From Antedon mediterranea (Eukaryota > Animalia > Echinodermata): a stretch of 64,000 nt of DNA. The stretch is from contig NC_092670.1 in the NCBI RefSeq assembly GCF_964355755.1, positions 12,510,795-12,574,794 on the forward strand, read 5' to 3'. The notes beneath the pieces are model-generated. The model was not told where the DNA came from. It made no database searches and worked only from the letters and a program-made list of their open reading frames with translations. The position numbers were made by a program, and so were the translations under genes. Below are positions 27,501 through 41,500 of the stretch, piece by piece (the first letter of the stretch is position 1; the number at the start of each line of letters is the position of its first letter).

Positions 27501-27556
27501 TTCCTCAAATGAAGTGAAACAGCTGACTGGATGTGTTCTCCATTAACTCGTTTCAT
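15540..27556 (-). CDS. TAF5L: TAF5-like SAGA/PCAF-associated factor 65 kDa subunit (WD40), about 576 aa, 15 exons
   Basis: Exons on the minus strand: 27556-27488, 22690-22572, 22113-22035, 21927-21849, 21606-21477, 21140-21022, 20525-20336, 19986-19810, 18950-18844, 18369-18176, 17643-17530, 16757-16703, 16585-16463, 16293-16236, 15657-15540. All GT-AG, total 1731 nt in frame. The N-terminus MKRVNGEHIQSAVSLHLRKRQFVD resembles vertebrate TAF5L. WD motifs include LRGHSGPVY and YPLRIYAGH. An in-frame upstream ATG at 27592 could add 12 aa. Confidence 0.92.
16905..17510. mobile_element. Crypton(V)-like element in a TAF5L intron
   Basis: Long hairpin GTAATGGTACAAATAA...TATATTTCAAC-GAGGCAAAGCCGA-GTTGAAATATA...TTATTTGTACCATTAC. 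Homologous and inverted relative to 1900-2402. Confidence 0.6.
19150..19770 (-). mobile_element. LINE 3' fragment, same family as 2790-3600
   Basis: ORF 19560-19763 (KLQYILGG...FDLFCKQYTRAAWEKR) aligns with KLNLVLGG...FDCYCKHYVKRAWAHR. Shares the TTGGATGCACC...AATAAA tail. A third tail is on + at about 24115-24190. Confidence 0.7.
24535..24770 (+). pseudogene. Decayed reverse-transcriptase C-terminal fragment (Rex1/Babar-like LINE)
   Basis: Frame-disrupted NINKTKEI..., EVEIVNNYKYLGVVFD*, and RLYCLRKL motifs. Confidence 0.65.
25074..26819. mobile_element. Nested TIR element with about 90-bp degenerate inverted ends enclosing a minisatellite
   Basis: GAAGCGGCCGC...TTTGTATGGAACGCCATGTGCGCTTT on the left matches AAAGCGCACACGGCGTTCCATACAAA...GCGGCCGCTTC on the right. 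The right end is CCACTA. Confidence 0.65.
25522..26051. repeat. About 75-bp minisatellite, about 7 copies
   Basis: Unit CTATCGAATCTTYATACAGTATTGCAWTAATAATTTACGTACGGTATTGCCGAATMTTTATATCTCATTTACATA. Confidence 0.9.
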
Positions 27557-29689
27557 CTTCGTAAACCTGTTATTCTTTTCATGATTCTGCATGCAAGCTG
27601 TGGGCTGCCATTTTGTTCACGGTGGTTTTATGAAAAGCGCCACCAACGAAAAAATAAACTTTAAATTCTCTCTCAACATACATAACACCGGCTTATTATT
27701 ACTGTATTATAGCATGGAGTATTCTTTACTCCATGATTATAGTCGAGGAATTTAAATTAAAAGTGTTACCTAAAATTAAAGCATATGTCAAAACGAAAAA
27801 TATGTATTATAGCATTATTGGCTTTATGTTTTGTCTAAACTTCACCACAAATTTATCATTAGGGCCTATTAATAATTTTAATTGGATCTACCAATTAGGT
27901 CAGCTGCTGTTGATTCCTTGTTTTAATGTACGCAGCTCTCACAACATACAGAAATTAAAAGAGTAAACTTAATGTTTAAAGTACTTCCTTTAATATGCAC
28001 CATCCACAATAATGTCAACATTTGCAAAGTAATTCCAAAACAAAGTAAAATCCCAGAGATATCCAATAGTAATAAAGTGTAAATAATAAACTGTAGAGCT
28101 AGAGAAAAATAATAATAATGGCTGCTTATGCACTTGCACAAACCTGGTACCCTTGCACAGGCAAACAACAACTGACCAGAACAAAAGAAAATTAGGACAA
28201 AGGAAAACAAAGGAGAAACAGCCCACTGTGCACACTTGGCAAATAATATGTAAATGAGAATGCAAATAAGAAAGTAACAGAAGAAATGAATATTCATAGG
28301 GCAGAAACTTCTAGAATATTATGAACTAAAGTAATATAAAATAAATACATGCACTCTGCAGTAACAATAATTTAATAATAGGCATGACATTTTTACAATG
28401 TAGGCCTAATTTTCGAAGTCGTTTCCGACATAGGCCTCTAATAATTATAAGTTCGTTCGATTTAAGGAAGTGGCAATGTTATGACGTAATAATATGTCCG
28501 CCCACTCAAGGAAATAATTAATTAAACTATATAATAATATGCTATTTGATTAATACAGTCAACTTTTTCCAAAACAACACCCACTCGGTAAAACATTTTA
28601 TCAACCCGCAAAAACGTAATCAAATTGTTACCGGGCCGGCCTAAATTTAATATTAGGCCACTTCATAGTAGGCCTAATGCATCATGTCATTTGATGTTTA
28701 TGTACTAGCCTGACAGAAGAAGAGTTATATACTACTGTATATACAGCTCAGTAGTTATCCTCATGCCGTGCTTGGCTTAGGAACAGACTCAACACAGCCA
28801 CCATTCAAATGATATGAAATCTCCTTTTGGAAATGGTTTATAAGTGCTTTTGTCCATCTCTCTCTGTAAACATGTTTTTGTTAGCCGTGATTTCTTCCAA
28901 GTAAACAACAATAATTTTAGCTATAGGAACCGCGTGTAGAACCACAATGACGAATATTGGAATGCACGGACAGACAAATAGAATACCTACTGTATAACCG
29001 ATTGTTAATGGAATGTAGGCCTAAAACACAAAAGCAAAATAGAATATGACATTCTTCGCGCCTCAGTGTGTGCTTAGTTATTTCATGGATCATAAAGTCA
29101 GAAATGTACAGATGAAGATGAAGTTACCGTTTATTTCTCAAGAGATTAATCGCCATAAATCACATTGACAACAATATAACAATACAAAAGCACTCTCGTG
29201 TTGCCATCATTTTGGTTTAAATTAGTGTCGGTATGATTTCCAAAACATTTCCATTCGAAGTTTGCATTTTGTATGCTTAGTTAATTCGCATAGGGGAGAG
29301 GGATCTAGAAATTAAAAGGAGCTTATATAGCTTAAAATCGAATAAAGCATACAAAACCAATACAGAAAAAAGAAACGTGAGTATTGGCCTACCTACCACA
29401 CTAAAAATCATGTTTAATCTTTAATCGTTAAATGATTTGCATATGATACGTTTAGTTTCATCAATCTTCCCGGATGACGTTTGAGAAGTTTGTTATTTAT
29501 GAAATTATTCAAGTTATTGAATAGGCCTAATTAAAATCTGCATTCTTCTGTAAACAAAACGTTTAATCTCATATCTCGTTTTTGACGCTCTACCTGTGAA
29601 ATACAGTTCGCCTTTCGTTTTTCAAACGTGTGAGGTCTAACATTATATCAGATATACATCGAAGTTTGGAAGTTTGGACGTGTTAACAT

Positions 29690-29879
29690 TTGGTTCCCCG
29701 TTTGGACGCAAACGCACGGACGTCAAACGCGCCGCAATTTGACCACTTAAAAAGCGATAGATCATCCAAGACCAATCACAAGTGAAGCGACAGGTAATGT
29801 GGATGAGCTATCTCGTCGTGATTGGTCAATTTTGCCTCGCGCTTGCGTCTTTGCGCTGCGTCCAAGTGGTAACCAACCT
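29690..29879. mobile_element. Diverged relative of the palindromic Harbinger-like MITE
   Basis: TTGGTTCCCCGTTTGGACGCA...GACCAATCAC...GTGATTGGTC...TGCGTCCAAGTGGTAACCAA. Confidence 0.55.
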
Positions 29880-32800
29880 TTATTACTGATTACACACGAG
29901 TTCTTACGTATTTAACTAGGATATGATATAGTGCATGTGAACACACCTTTAGGAAAGAAGTTACACACATGATGCATTCATGCGATCTTCTGATCTGTGC
30001 GTGTCATATTATTTATTAATGCATAAGGACTCATCTCAGGGAAAGCATCTGTCTACAGGTTTCTTCACGCGCGACCATAAATCAGTTTCGACGTTCGTCA
30101 TAACACTGTGATTGTAAGCCCGGTGTTTAAACCTTATTAACAATTTGTCAAATAAACACTCTTTGTGTGATCGGGCCATTAGTGTACATGTTAAAGCATT
30201 AAATAAACGGTCAATGTTTTCAACACGTCCATTTGTAGTACATATCAGCCGAGATAAGGAATAGTGTTATTTTAAAAGTCACTTTATTGAACTTCAACAA
30301 GTGTTGAAGCTGATTTTGATTAATACAGTTTATGATTATTATCAGTATTCCGCATCATAGGCTAGTTATTGTCTTTTTTATTTAAGTAGTATATTTATGA
30401 AACGTCGTGTGTGCCAAAATATTTATCACCGTCGCATTTGATTTTGTCATCGTCAGGCATTAGGGCTTTAAATTGCGACGACCAAGACTTTTGCACATGC
30501 GAATTTGGTTTTACTGTCGTTAATACTACTTTTTAAGTGGAGGAAAAATTAAAAAATAAATGTATTGTTCTTCCATGTTTATACCTACCTCTCGAGTGGG
30601 ACTCCAACCCATCACTTCCAGATCACCAGCCAGGCGCAAGTCATCTAGACCATCTTATGATTCAACTTAACTCCCTTGGGCACAACTAGTTGGTTCTATA
30701 ATAATAACAGTAATATAACAATTGTAATTAGAAATACCATTAAACTCCATCAACGTTTATTTTGTTTACTCAAAATATAAACAAAAACAAATGACGGATT
30801 TAACAACATTCACACGTGGCCCACACCTGACCTTCGACCTTCATAACGAACTGCAAAAGTAGCAAAAGGATTACTATTAATGAGGACTCGCAACCACAAA
30901 TTAGAAAAATTACACAACTGTCGTTTTAACGTATATATCCTGTCGTACATCCATTCAAAAAAATTGTTGTTTTTTTTCTTAAAATTATTTAATAGATCAA
31001 TTCACAATCATATTTTAAAATACAAGATACAAATCAAAATAAGAAGGAACATATTTCCAAACTTGATTTACGAGCATTTTACTTGTTATTTTAAAACATT
31101 TATTAATTATCAATATTAATAATGTTATCCGTTCATGAATTTGAATAATATGTTGTTGAATAAAACTTACAATATTGATTGTATTGCCATTTGGATTGTA
31201 TGACAATTTAGTAGGGTAAACCATGAAGCATCCAAGGCCTGTTTATACAACATACTGATTAGAGGTACCGTGTGATTAAGAAAATTGATATGAGAGATAA
31301 CGTTTATTTTTATGGCATATGATGTCAAATTAAACATTTGTTAATAAATATTATTTCAATTTGATCATGAATGGTATAAAATTGTTATCATTCGGGGCTC
31401 AGAATTTCAAGTTTTATTATCCCATACAAATATTAAGAAAAATTAGCAAGTAGTCATTCAGAAGAGATCCTGTGATACTTGGTAAATCAAGTAAGTATAA
31501 ATAGCAATGAATTTGCGAGGGAGTAGTTGAAAAGGCTGCTGGCTTTTATTAAGATAATATGTCAATCGACAGATACATTACAGTATATTTTAAAGAACAA
31601 CATACAGCAAGAAGGTATATTATTGATGATCTGATTTCAATTATGTCATTTTTGTTATAATTGTTCATGTCATTTTTGACGTCTGTAATCCTGTACTTGA
31701 TTAAAACTTCTGGTTCGCGGAAGATGATCTAATACGTCACATGTGTAAACCCTAACCAAATGATTTACACCGAATTTAGCACCAGAAAATGTTGAGTTCT
31801 GCAACAAATCGAACTGTATACCTGGGTTGTTGGGAAACAAAGCAATAATGATCATTATGATATTGTGCATAATTAATCACTTAAAAAAAAACTATGTGAC
31901 AACAAAATACCGTAAAAAGATGCCAATCTAAAAAAGGAGACATTTTCGAAAAGAAGCCTCCTCTTTGGTTTGCAAAATAAATCTCGAAAAGAAGCCCCTC
32001 TCGAAAAGAAGCCCACCCAAGATTCATAAAAAAAAAGAAGCCTGGGTTTTGCGGTATATCCACGCTTTATTCCCACTTGGACGCAATGCAATGACGCACC
32101 GACAACGCAAAGTGACACTTATGATGGACAGTCCTTATATGGAAAGTACCTATTTTGGACAACAACAGCGCCCTCAACACATATAAAGGACAGGAAAACA
32201 TCATAATCGACAAAATAATAAATTCTCTATAATGGACAGATTTCACCAACCCCACTCAAAGAATATCTCCAATCATTATATGACGCAATGGATCATCCGT
32301 CAGTGTGAACCAAGCTTATTATTATGAGGTACACGCAGTTTTTCACAAATCATTCTCAAACTTTATGTGATATAGACACGATAACGCAAATCACACTTTT
32401 TTGTCAAACTAGTTTGATAGTGTGGACAGAGCTTTAGCATTGCATCCTAGTTTGAAATTTAGAATATTAAATATCCACTTTTTGAATGTGAATAAGATAC
32501 ATTGATCAAGTATTCGTTTTACGTTTTTAGCGAATTATGTTACAATATATTTTGTATCACTTTATTAAATTAGATTATAACTAACAATTTTTGAACAGTA
32601 TATAACTGGTAAAATTTTAGGCCATGTCCGATTCAATTTTAACTAATTTACAGTGATACCACCCACTCAAATAAGATAGACTGACCAGCAATCACGAATG
32701 CGGCGAATAGGCCTATAGGTTCTGATCACAAATCAAAATGTTGCTGTTTTTCCTCTCTCTTTGAAATGTTAACACGTAAAAACAATTTCCAAAATCATCA

Positions 32801-35497
32801 TCTTCCATAGAGTCTTACCCATTTGTCATAGAAATATCGTGACAATTCTCAAGTGACTCAATGAGTTGATTTACAACTTTACTTCTAATTCGAAAACTTG
32901 CACGATTTGAAATTTCTTTATGGACGCGTTGAAAGAAAGTACACTAAACATATCGTTTTTGCCTTTGTTTTTTTCCAATAAACAATGACGTCATTGATTA
33001 ACTTTAATTCAGAGTATTTGAAATGTAAACTGATTTAAAACCTTATTTCTATACAAATTACCAACCTACGGTTTCCATTTAAGGTCATGCTTTCTAGAAA
33101 AATTATGGTAGTGATTAGCCCAGGATTAGAACCCACCCTCTCAGACTATCTAACAATGACATAAATGGGTATATTCGGACAGAGTAAAACCCGTCCTTTC
33201 AGGGGCCACCCGATTCGATGCACACCTGTGAAAGGAACCACCTCTGATGTTGAGAATATTGTGCACTGTTATGTTAAGGGTTATACTGTCTCAACGTTGT
33301 GTGGATTGTACCGTCCTTCATTTTCCACTTTCGGGATAGTTTTTCGTGAACAATCTCAACAACAAAACTGTTAAAATAAAGTACAGTAGCATTATTATAA
33401 TGAAAGAAGTGAATTGAGTTTTCATTTTCGTGATGCGGCATTAGAAATTTATCTGTCCCCCATTTATAACAAAACCTATGTATGTTTAGGGGCGGCAGCC
33501 TCTTTTTATTGGACAGGGGCGGGGATTGATTTGGCATAATTAATATAATAGATCATCGTTGTAGAATACTATAATTAATGTCAGTATATATGATCTATAC
33601 TGCAAATTTGTCATTATTTTGATACGCACAGTGTGAAGCTGTTAAATATTTAGTGATATGTATGTTTTTATTTGGTAATTGCCCTCCTTTGTTTGATACC
33701 CCGGAGTGGCAATAGTCCAATGTCAATATTAATCAGAATATATCCCAGGGAGTCTTTTTTGTTGGTAACGCATGGCTATAGTTATTATACAAGAACATTT
33801 TAGCAACAATGACGTGTGATAAAAAAAGAGTCATTGTTGTTACAAAAATTGGCATATTATGCTGATTTAGACTTGCCCCAAAGTATGTAGTTATTGTCTT
33901 TTTTATATTAGTTAACCAGTCAGGGTTTCGATTTTGTTTTTCTAAAAACTACGTTTACGACAAGCTCAAGTAGTATATACATGAAACGCAATATGAAGAA
34001 TTTTCCTCATTTGTTCTTCATTAGACCTATATACCTTTAAACCACGAAATTTATTTAAAGGTAACCTTTAGAACGAAAATGTAATTAAAGTTCGTCTGTG
34101 GTTAGAAATAAATTAAATGTATATTATTAAACACGTCTTCTTCTGCACAATGCTTTCTTGTATACCAACTCCTGTATTCGACTCCGATAGAAAAAACTAA
34201 ACAGGGATCGTGGTTATACGCCTACAATACGTGTTTTTGAACATTTACCATTTAAACAGTTTATCATTTATATTTTTTAGATTAATCAGAGAAGTGTGAA
34301 AGTGCATATATTTAATTTTTGTATTTTTATGTGAATTTTTTATTTTTTAACTTTGAACAAACGGAAATAATTTCAAGGCATGTACTTTACTGAATACAAA
34401 AATATACAAAATATGAAATATTGCTTGTACCTTTTCTAAAATATTTACGTTAATTTATTTAAGTCAGAGAAGAGTAATAATGGCATTTTACTCTTCACAT
34501 GATCTTCTTAGTGAATTAAGAGGTATATAATAATAATAGGCATGCAATTTCAACGAACAGATTTAACTACACTGAAACTTGTTACCTATAATATATTGTA
34601 AACGTTTAAAAACTGTAAACATACCGTAAAGTTTTATTGAACATTTTTACTACTGTATTTAAGAGGCAAGATGAACAGGGTAAAGAATAATTTACTCAGC
34701 AGAAAGGGGAGCAACAAGTTTGTTTCTTCTCGTTATACAAAACGTTAACATGTCTGAAAAGTATATTAAGTCTACATTTTAAGCAATTGACTAGTGACAA
34801 AACAGAGTAGAATTTATTTAGCGGAAACGACAGTGTGTTAAACTCAGAATCGAAAATCCGACCTGAGGTTATTCAGGAGCAATGTATAATTGAATAATAA
34901 GCGAAAGGGAATTCATTTCAACAGCAGAGCATGTAGAATCTCTTCGTAGGCCTTACAAGTACAGAAAAAGCAACAGCAACAATGCTGTGACGAGAAGAAT
35001 ACTCCCCTCATAAGGGCTTGTGTAAAAGGTGTGGAGTAACATACACAAGAACTCCCCTGCTGTCAGGGTATGTTTTGTTCATTAGGAAATTCGACAATCT
35101 ACCTGCTGTATCTCGTTATTTTTCAAGGTGGTTGTAACTCATATGGCGTTTTAGCTGAGTTACAATTCGCAAACGATACACAAGTTGTTCGGAAGTCGAT
35201 CGTAAGGGGTCAAATGACGTACTGTGTTTTGAACACATGCATGTAAGGTGTTAGAGAATTCAGTTAGAAAAAAATAACAAGAAGCGTGGGAACAGTATAA
35301 AAAAAGTTGTGGATTTTTTTATAACGGATTTAACAGACTTCGTGATTAATGTTGTTGAATTGTCTGTCAACAAGTATATGTCTCATTTGCATTATAACGG
35401 AATTTAGAAAAGTGCGTGATTGTTCCTCCCTCTTTACTTTATAAAGAGTGTTAACACTTTGGAACAATAGGACGGGGAGGAGTCTTTGTTTTGTTAT

Positions 35498-35533
35498 TAT
35501 AAGGCAGCCTTCTTTTTCATTTTGCCACCAGTT
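35498..35533 (+). promoter_or_regulatory. Candidate TATA-Inr core promoter of the BMP gene
   Basis: TATAAG at 35498 and Inr-like CCAGTT with its A at 35530 (32-nt spacing), 27 nt upstream of the ATG. Confidence 0.35.
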
Positions 35534-35556
35534 GGCTCTTTCGTGTTCACATAATC

Positions 35557-38500
35557 ATGGCGCTTGGAATTAAAGCAAAACAGTGTCTGTTTTTATTTTC
35601 ATTTCTGTGTGTTTTTTACACAACAAATGCAGTATTTTATACTGGTCCTGTTTTAGATCGTTCAGCAAGGGATTTAAGCGAAATGGAATATGTTATTCTA
35701 AAAGGACAGGAGAAGAAAGATATGCAGCGGGAAATACTATCAATTCTTGGGTTATCGAGACGTCCACGGCCGTTGTCGCACCAGAATAGGGAACATACCT
35801 CCGCGCCAAAGTTTATGTTAAATTTATACGAATCTTTGAATACGTTACAGGAAGGGGAAGAAGTGGACGATGATGAAAGTTATATAATTGATGGCACGCC
35901 GCAACTTACCGTTGAAGCTATGAGTGGCACTCAATTTAACTACACTTATAACGAAGTTAACGCAGTGAATGCGGCTGATACAATCATTAGTTTACCAGGT
36001 ATGTCCGTTATGTAGATCTCATGTTTACTGTATTCCCTTTTTGTAGACTTTATTTTCAGTCTTTAAAAATAATGTAAATTTTATGTTGACTTTATTTTAT
36101 GTAAATGTTATGTACAGTTTATGCATTTTCTATGTACAGTAACTTTATGTAGATTTTTTTGTAAATATGCTGATTTGTATGTAGGTTTCATAGTTTTTGT
36201 TAAAGATGACAACATCATGTGACGTAGAAAAAGTCTTCTGAGGATGTTCTTTTTTAAAAACTATATTTATGTGTCTCTGTTGGCCTTCCATACTCACTGT
36301 AGCTTCATTTTTCTTGGATGATAAATATGTTTATAGCTGAAAAAAGAGTAGTGGGTATACCGTATGAAACACCGAATACCGTTAGGACTTATTACACCAG
36401 CATACTGTAGGATGTAAACTACTAAACTGTAACAGTGCTACGCGTCAGATTGATACTACCCAGTATGACGCGTTTGGATAATACCTCCCAGTGCGACGCG
36501 TTAGACACTACCCAGTATGACGCGTTTTTGACAATACCTCCCAGTGCGACGCGTTTGATTGATGGATTTTGTGTCAAATCATAGCAGATTTAAATTTATA
36601 TTCTTGGTTTAAACAACGTATGGCTAAACGTTTTACATTTACTGGACGAGTTTGATTGGCCTACTGCTAGGTGTACCGTAAAATATAAAATGACGTAATC
36701 GGATAATAGGACTCCATCTGTTAGATTTTTGATGTATTTATGATTGCTGCTTTATATCATTTTCAGATGTAGGCCTATTGTATATAGTTTAAACTTGACG
36801 TGAACCCATGATTTGAACACCAATGAAATCTAGGTTAATAAGAAAGGACTGCCGTTTTTTGTAGAAGCCACTTGTGTGAATAAAGAGTTACAGTATCAGT
36901 TATTAAAGCATCATACAAGAGCATGTAGTCGGTTACCTATGTTGATCTTTTGGTTGAAGTTGCAAATGTCATAATATGCATTTCAGTGGGCTAAGGCGTT
37001 ACTCCAAAACCATGGTCATAATGTCATAGACCTGGCCTGGTATTTTGTCATACCTAAAAAGAGCATTCTACAGTAATCACCAAACGCACAGGTTTAGAAA
37101 AACATTTACAACAAAATAAGATGGAAATTAATTAAATTAAATCATAAAAATACAAAATAAAAACACTTTGTACCTTTACCGGACCGTATATCACAGTGGG
37201 ACCAATATCATTTTGGAAAAGATCCAATTGTACGAATTTCTTTAGAAAGAACAACTTCCTTTCTTTTATTAAATAAATATTAATTAATTATTTTTCTAAA
37301 TATTATGCGAGAAACTGAATTTGCTGGTGATGTATTGTAATTAGTTACAAAGGTAATACAGTAACTACTGTATAATAACTAACGAAAACCCCGAGTGGTT
37401 ACAGAATTAAATTGTAACTTCTTTCTTGACCAAATTTCCACTCATGGTTCCCGTCGAGTATATCCTGTTAGTACAGTTGTTTACGTTTGACCACTTTGAC
37501 AGACCAAGGCCAGGTGCACTTTATCAATTATGATATTTTTAAAGATCATTTCTTTATTACCATATTTGTTATGTTTGCTTAGTAAAAAATGAGAATATTA
37601 AACGCAGCCAAGTACAGGTTACGTTCGAAGTTGAATCATTGGCAGGTTCTTTGTACATGTTTTCCAAATTAAAGACTTCCTCAAATTAGAAACCCATTTT
37701 CGGTAAATTGTAACCCTTTTAAGGACCTGCCACGACTGATCTAATTCGGAAATGGTGACATTCTGAAATATTTGGTACGATGTATCACAACCAAATTTAT
37801 GCAAGTTTATTATGTCCATAAAATAAATATTTATATTCTTAGAAACAAACTTTTAGAAGCATTTGTAAAATCCTTTCCCAAATTTAATATGAATACCAGG
37901 TCAAACTCGAAAATCATATTGCTTCCTTAGTTCTCCTCAAGAGAACCTCTGATGGGACCGCTTGAGAAAGCTTACTATAATCTTGCATAGGCTAAAACCT
38001 GTTTAGCAACTACATACGTACGGGGATATTATCACGTACGCACAAATGGACCAATAACCTCGGATGTTGATGACTATAGATCCGAATTAACAAGTCTGAG
38101 AAATTAGAGTAACTTGAGAAAAAATTCAGTGAGAGAAAGTTTGATGGAAATGTTGGAAGCTATATATTGTTATCCAAGGGATTTGTAACAAGCGTGGTCT
38201 TGCGTCATAATACTTTAAAGATTAGTTGTATACATGGTGGTAATTCTTGGCCTGGAATAAAAATATGTGGAGCACAGGCAATATGTTGTTCATCCGTCGC
38301 GTTCCAACGCGTCTAAACCTAAGTCTAAAGATCTAGTCTACCGGGTGACCAGGTCATCATTCTATCATCTTCACACCCTTAATTAGATGCTGTCAAAGAA
38401 GGTTGCACACATTGCAGATTAAAGTGGTACACTATATCTATGAAACGCCGCCGCAACAATTTAATGATAAGATTCCAATGATAGAATACAATAATAAAAA

Positions 38501-41500
38501 TAAAAACTGAAACTGATAAACCGATTCCTAGCTTCGGCGTCTGGCGCGGCAATTTGATTCTTAAAAACCTTGTCTAAATAATTATAAAATTGCCAACGTT
38601 TGAAATGTATTCGTGGCTAAAACTCGTTTCGTTGCTGATTATTATTATTATATGTACAAAGAGAATTTTAAAGATTAAGTTTACAAAATAGCAGATTAGT
38701 TTCCTTTGGATATTTTCACTTTTCACCAAACGGTACCATAACCTTTATTTCCTAAATTATATCACTTTGTTAATCTTGAATTACATACATTGCACACTAT
38801 ATACTATAGTATTTCTTTTTCACACTAGTTTGACAAAAATGTGCTCAAATATGGTAGTGATATACCCAAATATGGTAGTTATATGGCGTCATCTTGTCCA
38901 TACATATATGGGCGCATCACATTTTTTATCACATACAGTTTGATAGTGTAGACAGAGCTTGTATTTGTAATGCCAAGTTACTGTATTTCAACTGGTTGAT
39001 GCCTTTTAAAATTAGACCTTATACATTAACAAACCTCTTTCTTTTTGGAAACTTTCCTGACAATATAATTAGGCTAATCGATGTTATCCTTTTTAATTCC
39101 CCGGCATTTAGTAATATACAGTTATAAAATCCATTACATGTGTTTTTTGTTACATGGTGACTGTTTAGCCAACGTTTGAAATGTATTCGTGGCTAAAACT
39201 CGTTTCGTTGCTGATTATTATTATTATATGTACAAAGAGAATTTTCAAGATTAAGTTTACAAAATAGCAGATTAGTTTCCTTTGGATATTTTCACTTTTC
39301 ACCAAACGGTACCCTAACCTTTATTTCCTAAATTATATCACTTTGTTAATCTTGAATTACATACATTGCACACTATACATTCCTCTTTCACACTAGTTTG
39401 ACAAAAATGTGCCCAAATATGGTAGTGATATACCCAAATATGATAGTTATATGGCGCCATCTTGTCCATATATGGGCACATCACATTTTTTATCACATAA
39501 AGTTTGATAGTGTAGACAGAGCTTGTATTTGTAATGCCAAGTTACTGTATTTCAACTGGTTGATGCCTTTTAAAATTAGACCTATATACATAAACAAACC
39601 TCTTTCTTTTTGGAAACTTTCCTGACTATATACTTAGGCTAATCGATGTTATCCTTTTTAATTCCCCGGCATTTAGTAATATTACAGTTATAAAATCCTT
39701 TACATGTGTTTTTTGTTACATGGTGACTGTTTATCTTCAAAGTGTTCTTGATATAAGAGCTGGCATATAGACTAGCGAATTCTTTGTGTAACTACTGATT
39801 AAATTAGCTGTTTTAAAACTTTGTAAGTGGCTCTTTCATGAGTAGAGCAAGTTCAGTCTGTTCTAATCACAAACTCTAAAAAGCTCAGGGCGATAAAGAA
39901 ACTAAAATACCTATTAGGCAAAAAGACTAAAATCTGTTCCTTTTCTAAGAAAACCTGTGTGCCTATGAATGTACAGTAGGCATACAGACAAAATGAAAGT
40001 TAGAATCCGAAGATTAACTAAATTCCACTTTGATTAGTAGGCTTACAGTACATGGGCGTATAATTGGTTTTAAACAAGGTGTATGGTGAAACTCAGTTCT
40101 AAGATGTACTGTTAATGTAAGATATATTGGTAAATTGTGAAGCCTTTCAGATCACATCGATCATTATCATTTCAATGGGTACAACAGTAAAACCTCTTTT
40201 ATGGGGACACCTTTGAGACCGAACAATAAGGAATATAGGAATTAGCCGTAATTAAATCAAATCTTTTCGTTTTATGGAGAAGTGTCATTTTAAATGAAGG
40301 AATTAGGGCTATACTGTGATTACATTCGAAAATATTTATGCATTTTCTCTCTTTCTCAAAATGTGTGCGAACGTGCTTTTTGTAGCATGTGTTTTTAACA
40401 GATTTAGTAAGACATAATAAATATAAACTCCGTTGGGACACCCCTATTAAAGGGACACTTTCAGGGAAGTGAACGAGGGGCAATACTTGAATGTTTTAAC
40501 ACTCTAGGCAACCCATATTGAGGCGACACCTCTATGAAGGGGACACTTTCAGTGAAGTGAACGAGGGGCAATACTTGAATGTTTTAACACTCTAGGCAAC
40601 CCATATTGAGGCGACACCTCTATGAAGGGGACACTTTCAGGGAAGTGAACGAGGGGCAATACTTGAATGTATTAACACTCTAGGCAACCCATATAGAGGC
40701 GACACCTCTATGAAGGGGACACTTTAAGACACTTAGTATTACGCCTACTAATTAGTGAGTAATCCTAAACTAGACATACTACGCAGTGGTTTAATTAGCG
40801 TTAACAACAACAAAAATATAACATTGATTAATTCAATGTTTGGGAACAATGGTGTTAGTTGTTTTTACTGTACGACTAGGGAAACCTGACACACTTTACA
40901 GAACCGATATCCAACCAGGTAAAACAATATTGATTTCAATTCAATAAGGTCAGTAACTCTTAAACATGTGTGTTGATCTGGTGTTAGGATTTTTAAATAG
41001 TTACAGTTGCTGTTAAAAGTAAATCCATTGTTTATGTGAATAAATTTGAGCTGGGATAACAATAATTCAAACTTTAAATTTAGCGTCTGCGAAAGCCGTG
41101 GAGGAAAAAAATAATAATATTATGTTGTGAAATCTTCTACACAAACATAAACGCGTCATAATTGAATATAATGGCGTTTAGATAGAACATAAACGCGTCA
41201 TAATTGAATATAATGGCATTTAGATAGGTCATAAACGCATTTCCACTATAAAAAAAAAGAAGAATTTGACATAAAATACAGTATTTAAAACTATCACCAT
41301 TTGTTGTCGTACTGTAGCTTTTCTTTCTGATACGCGCAGATGGACAGACGTGTTACGTTAATTTTGGGGTTAATTTTGCAACTTATTTAGTATAATTAAT
41401 TGTAGGCCTACTTCGAGACATATATCTGGACTTTCCATAACAATTTTGGTTGACCTTGATGAAGAGTACACTTTCTTCAGAAGCCAATCCCATTTCAGTG

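Noticed and set aside
27733-33537. Short ORFs between TAF5L and BMP5/8
   Set aside because: Low-complexity AT-rich translations with no recognisable domains or consistent splice structure.
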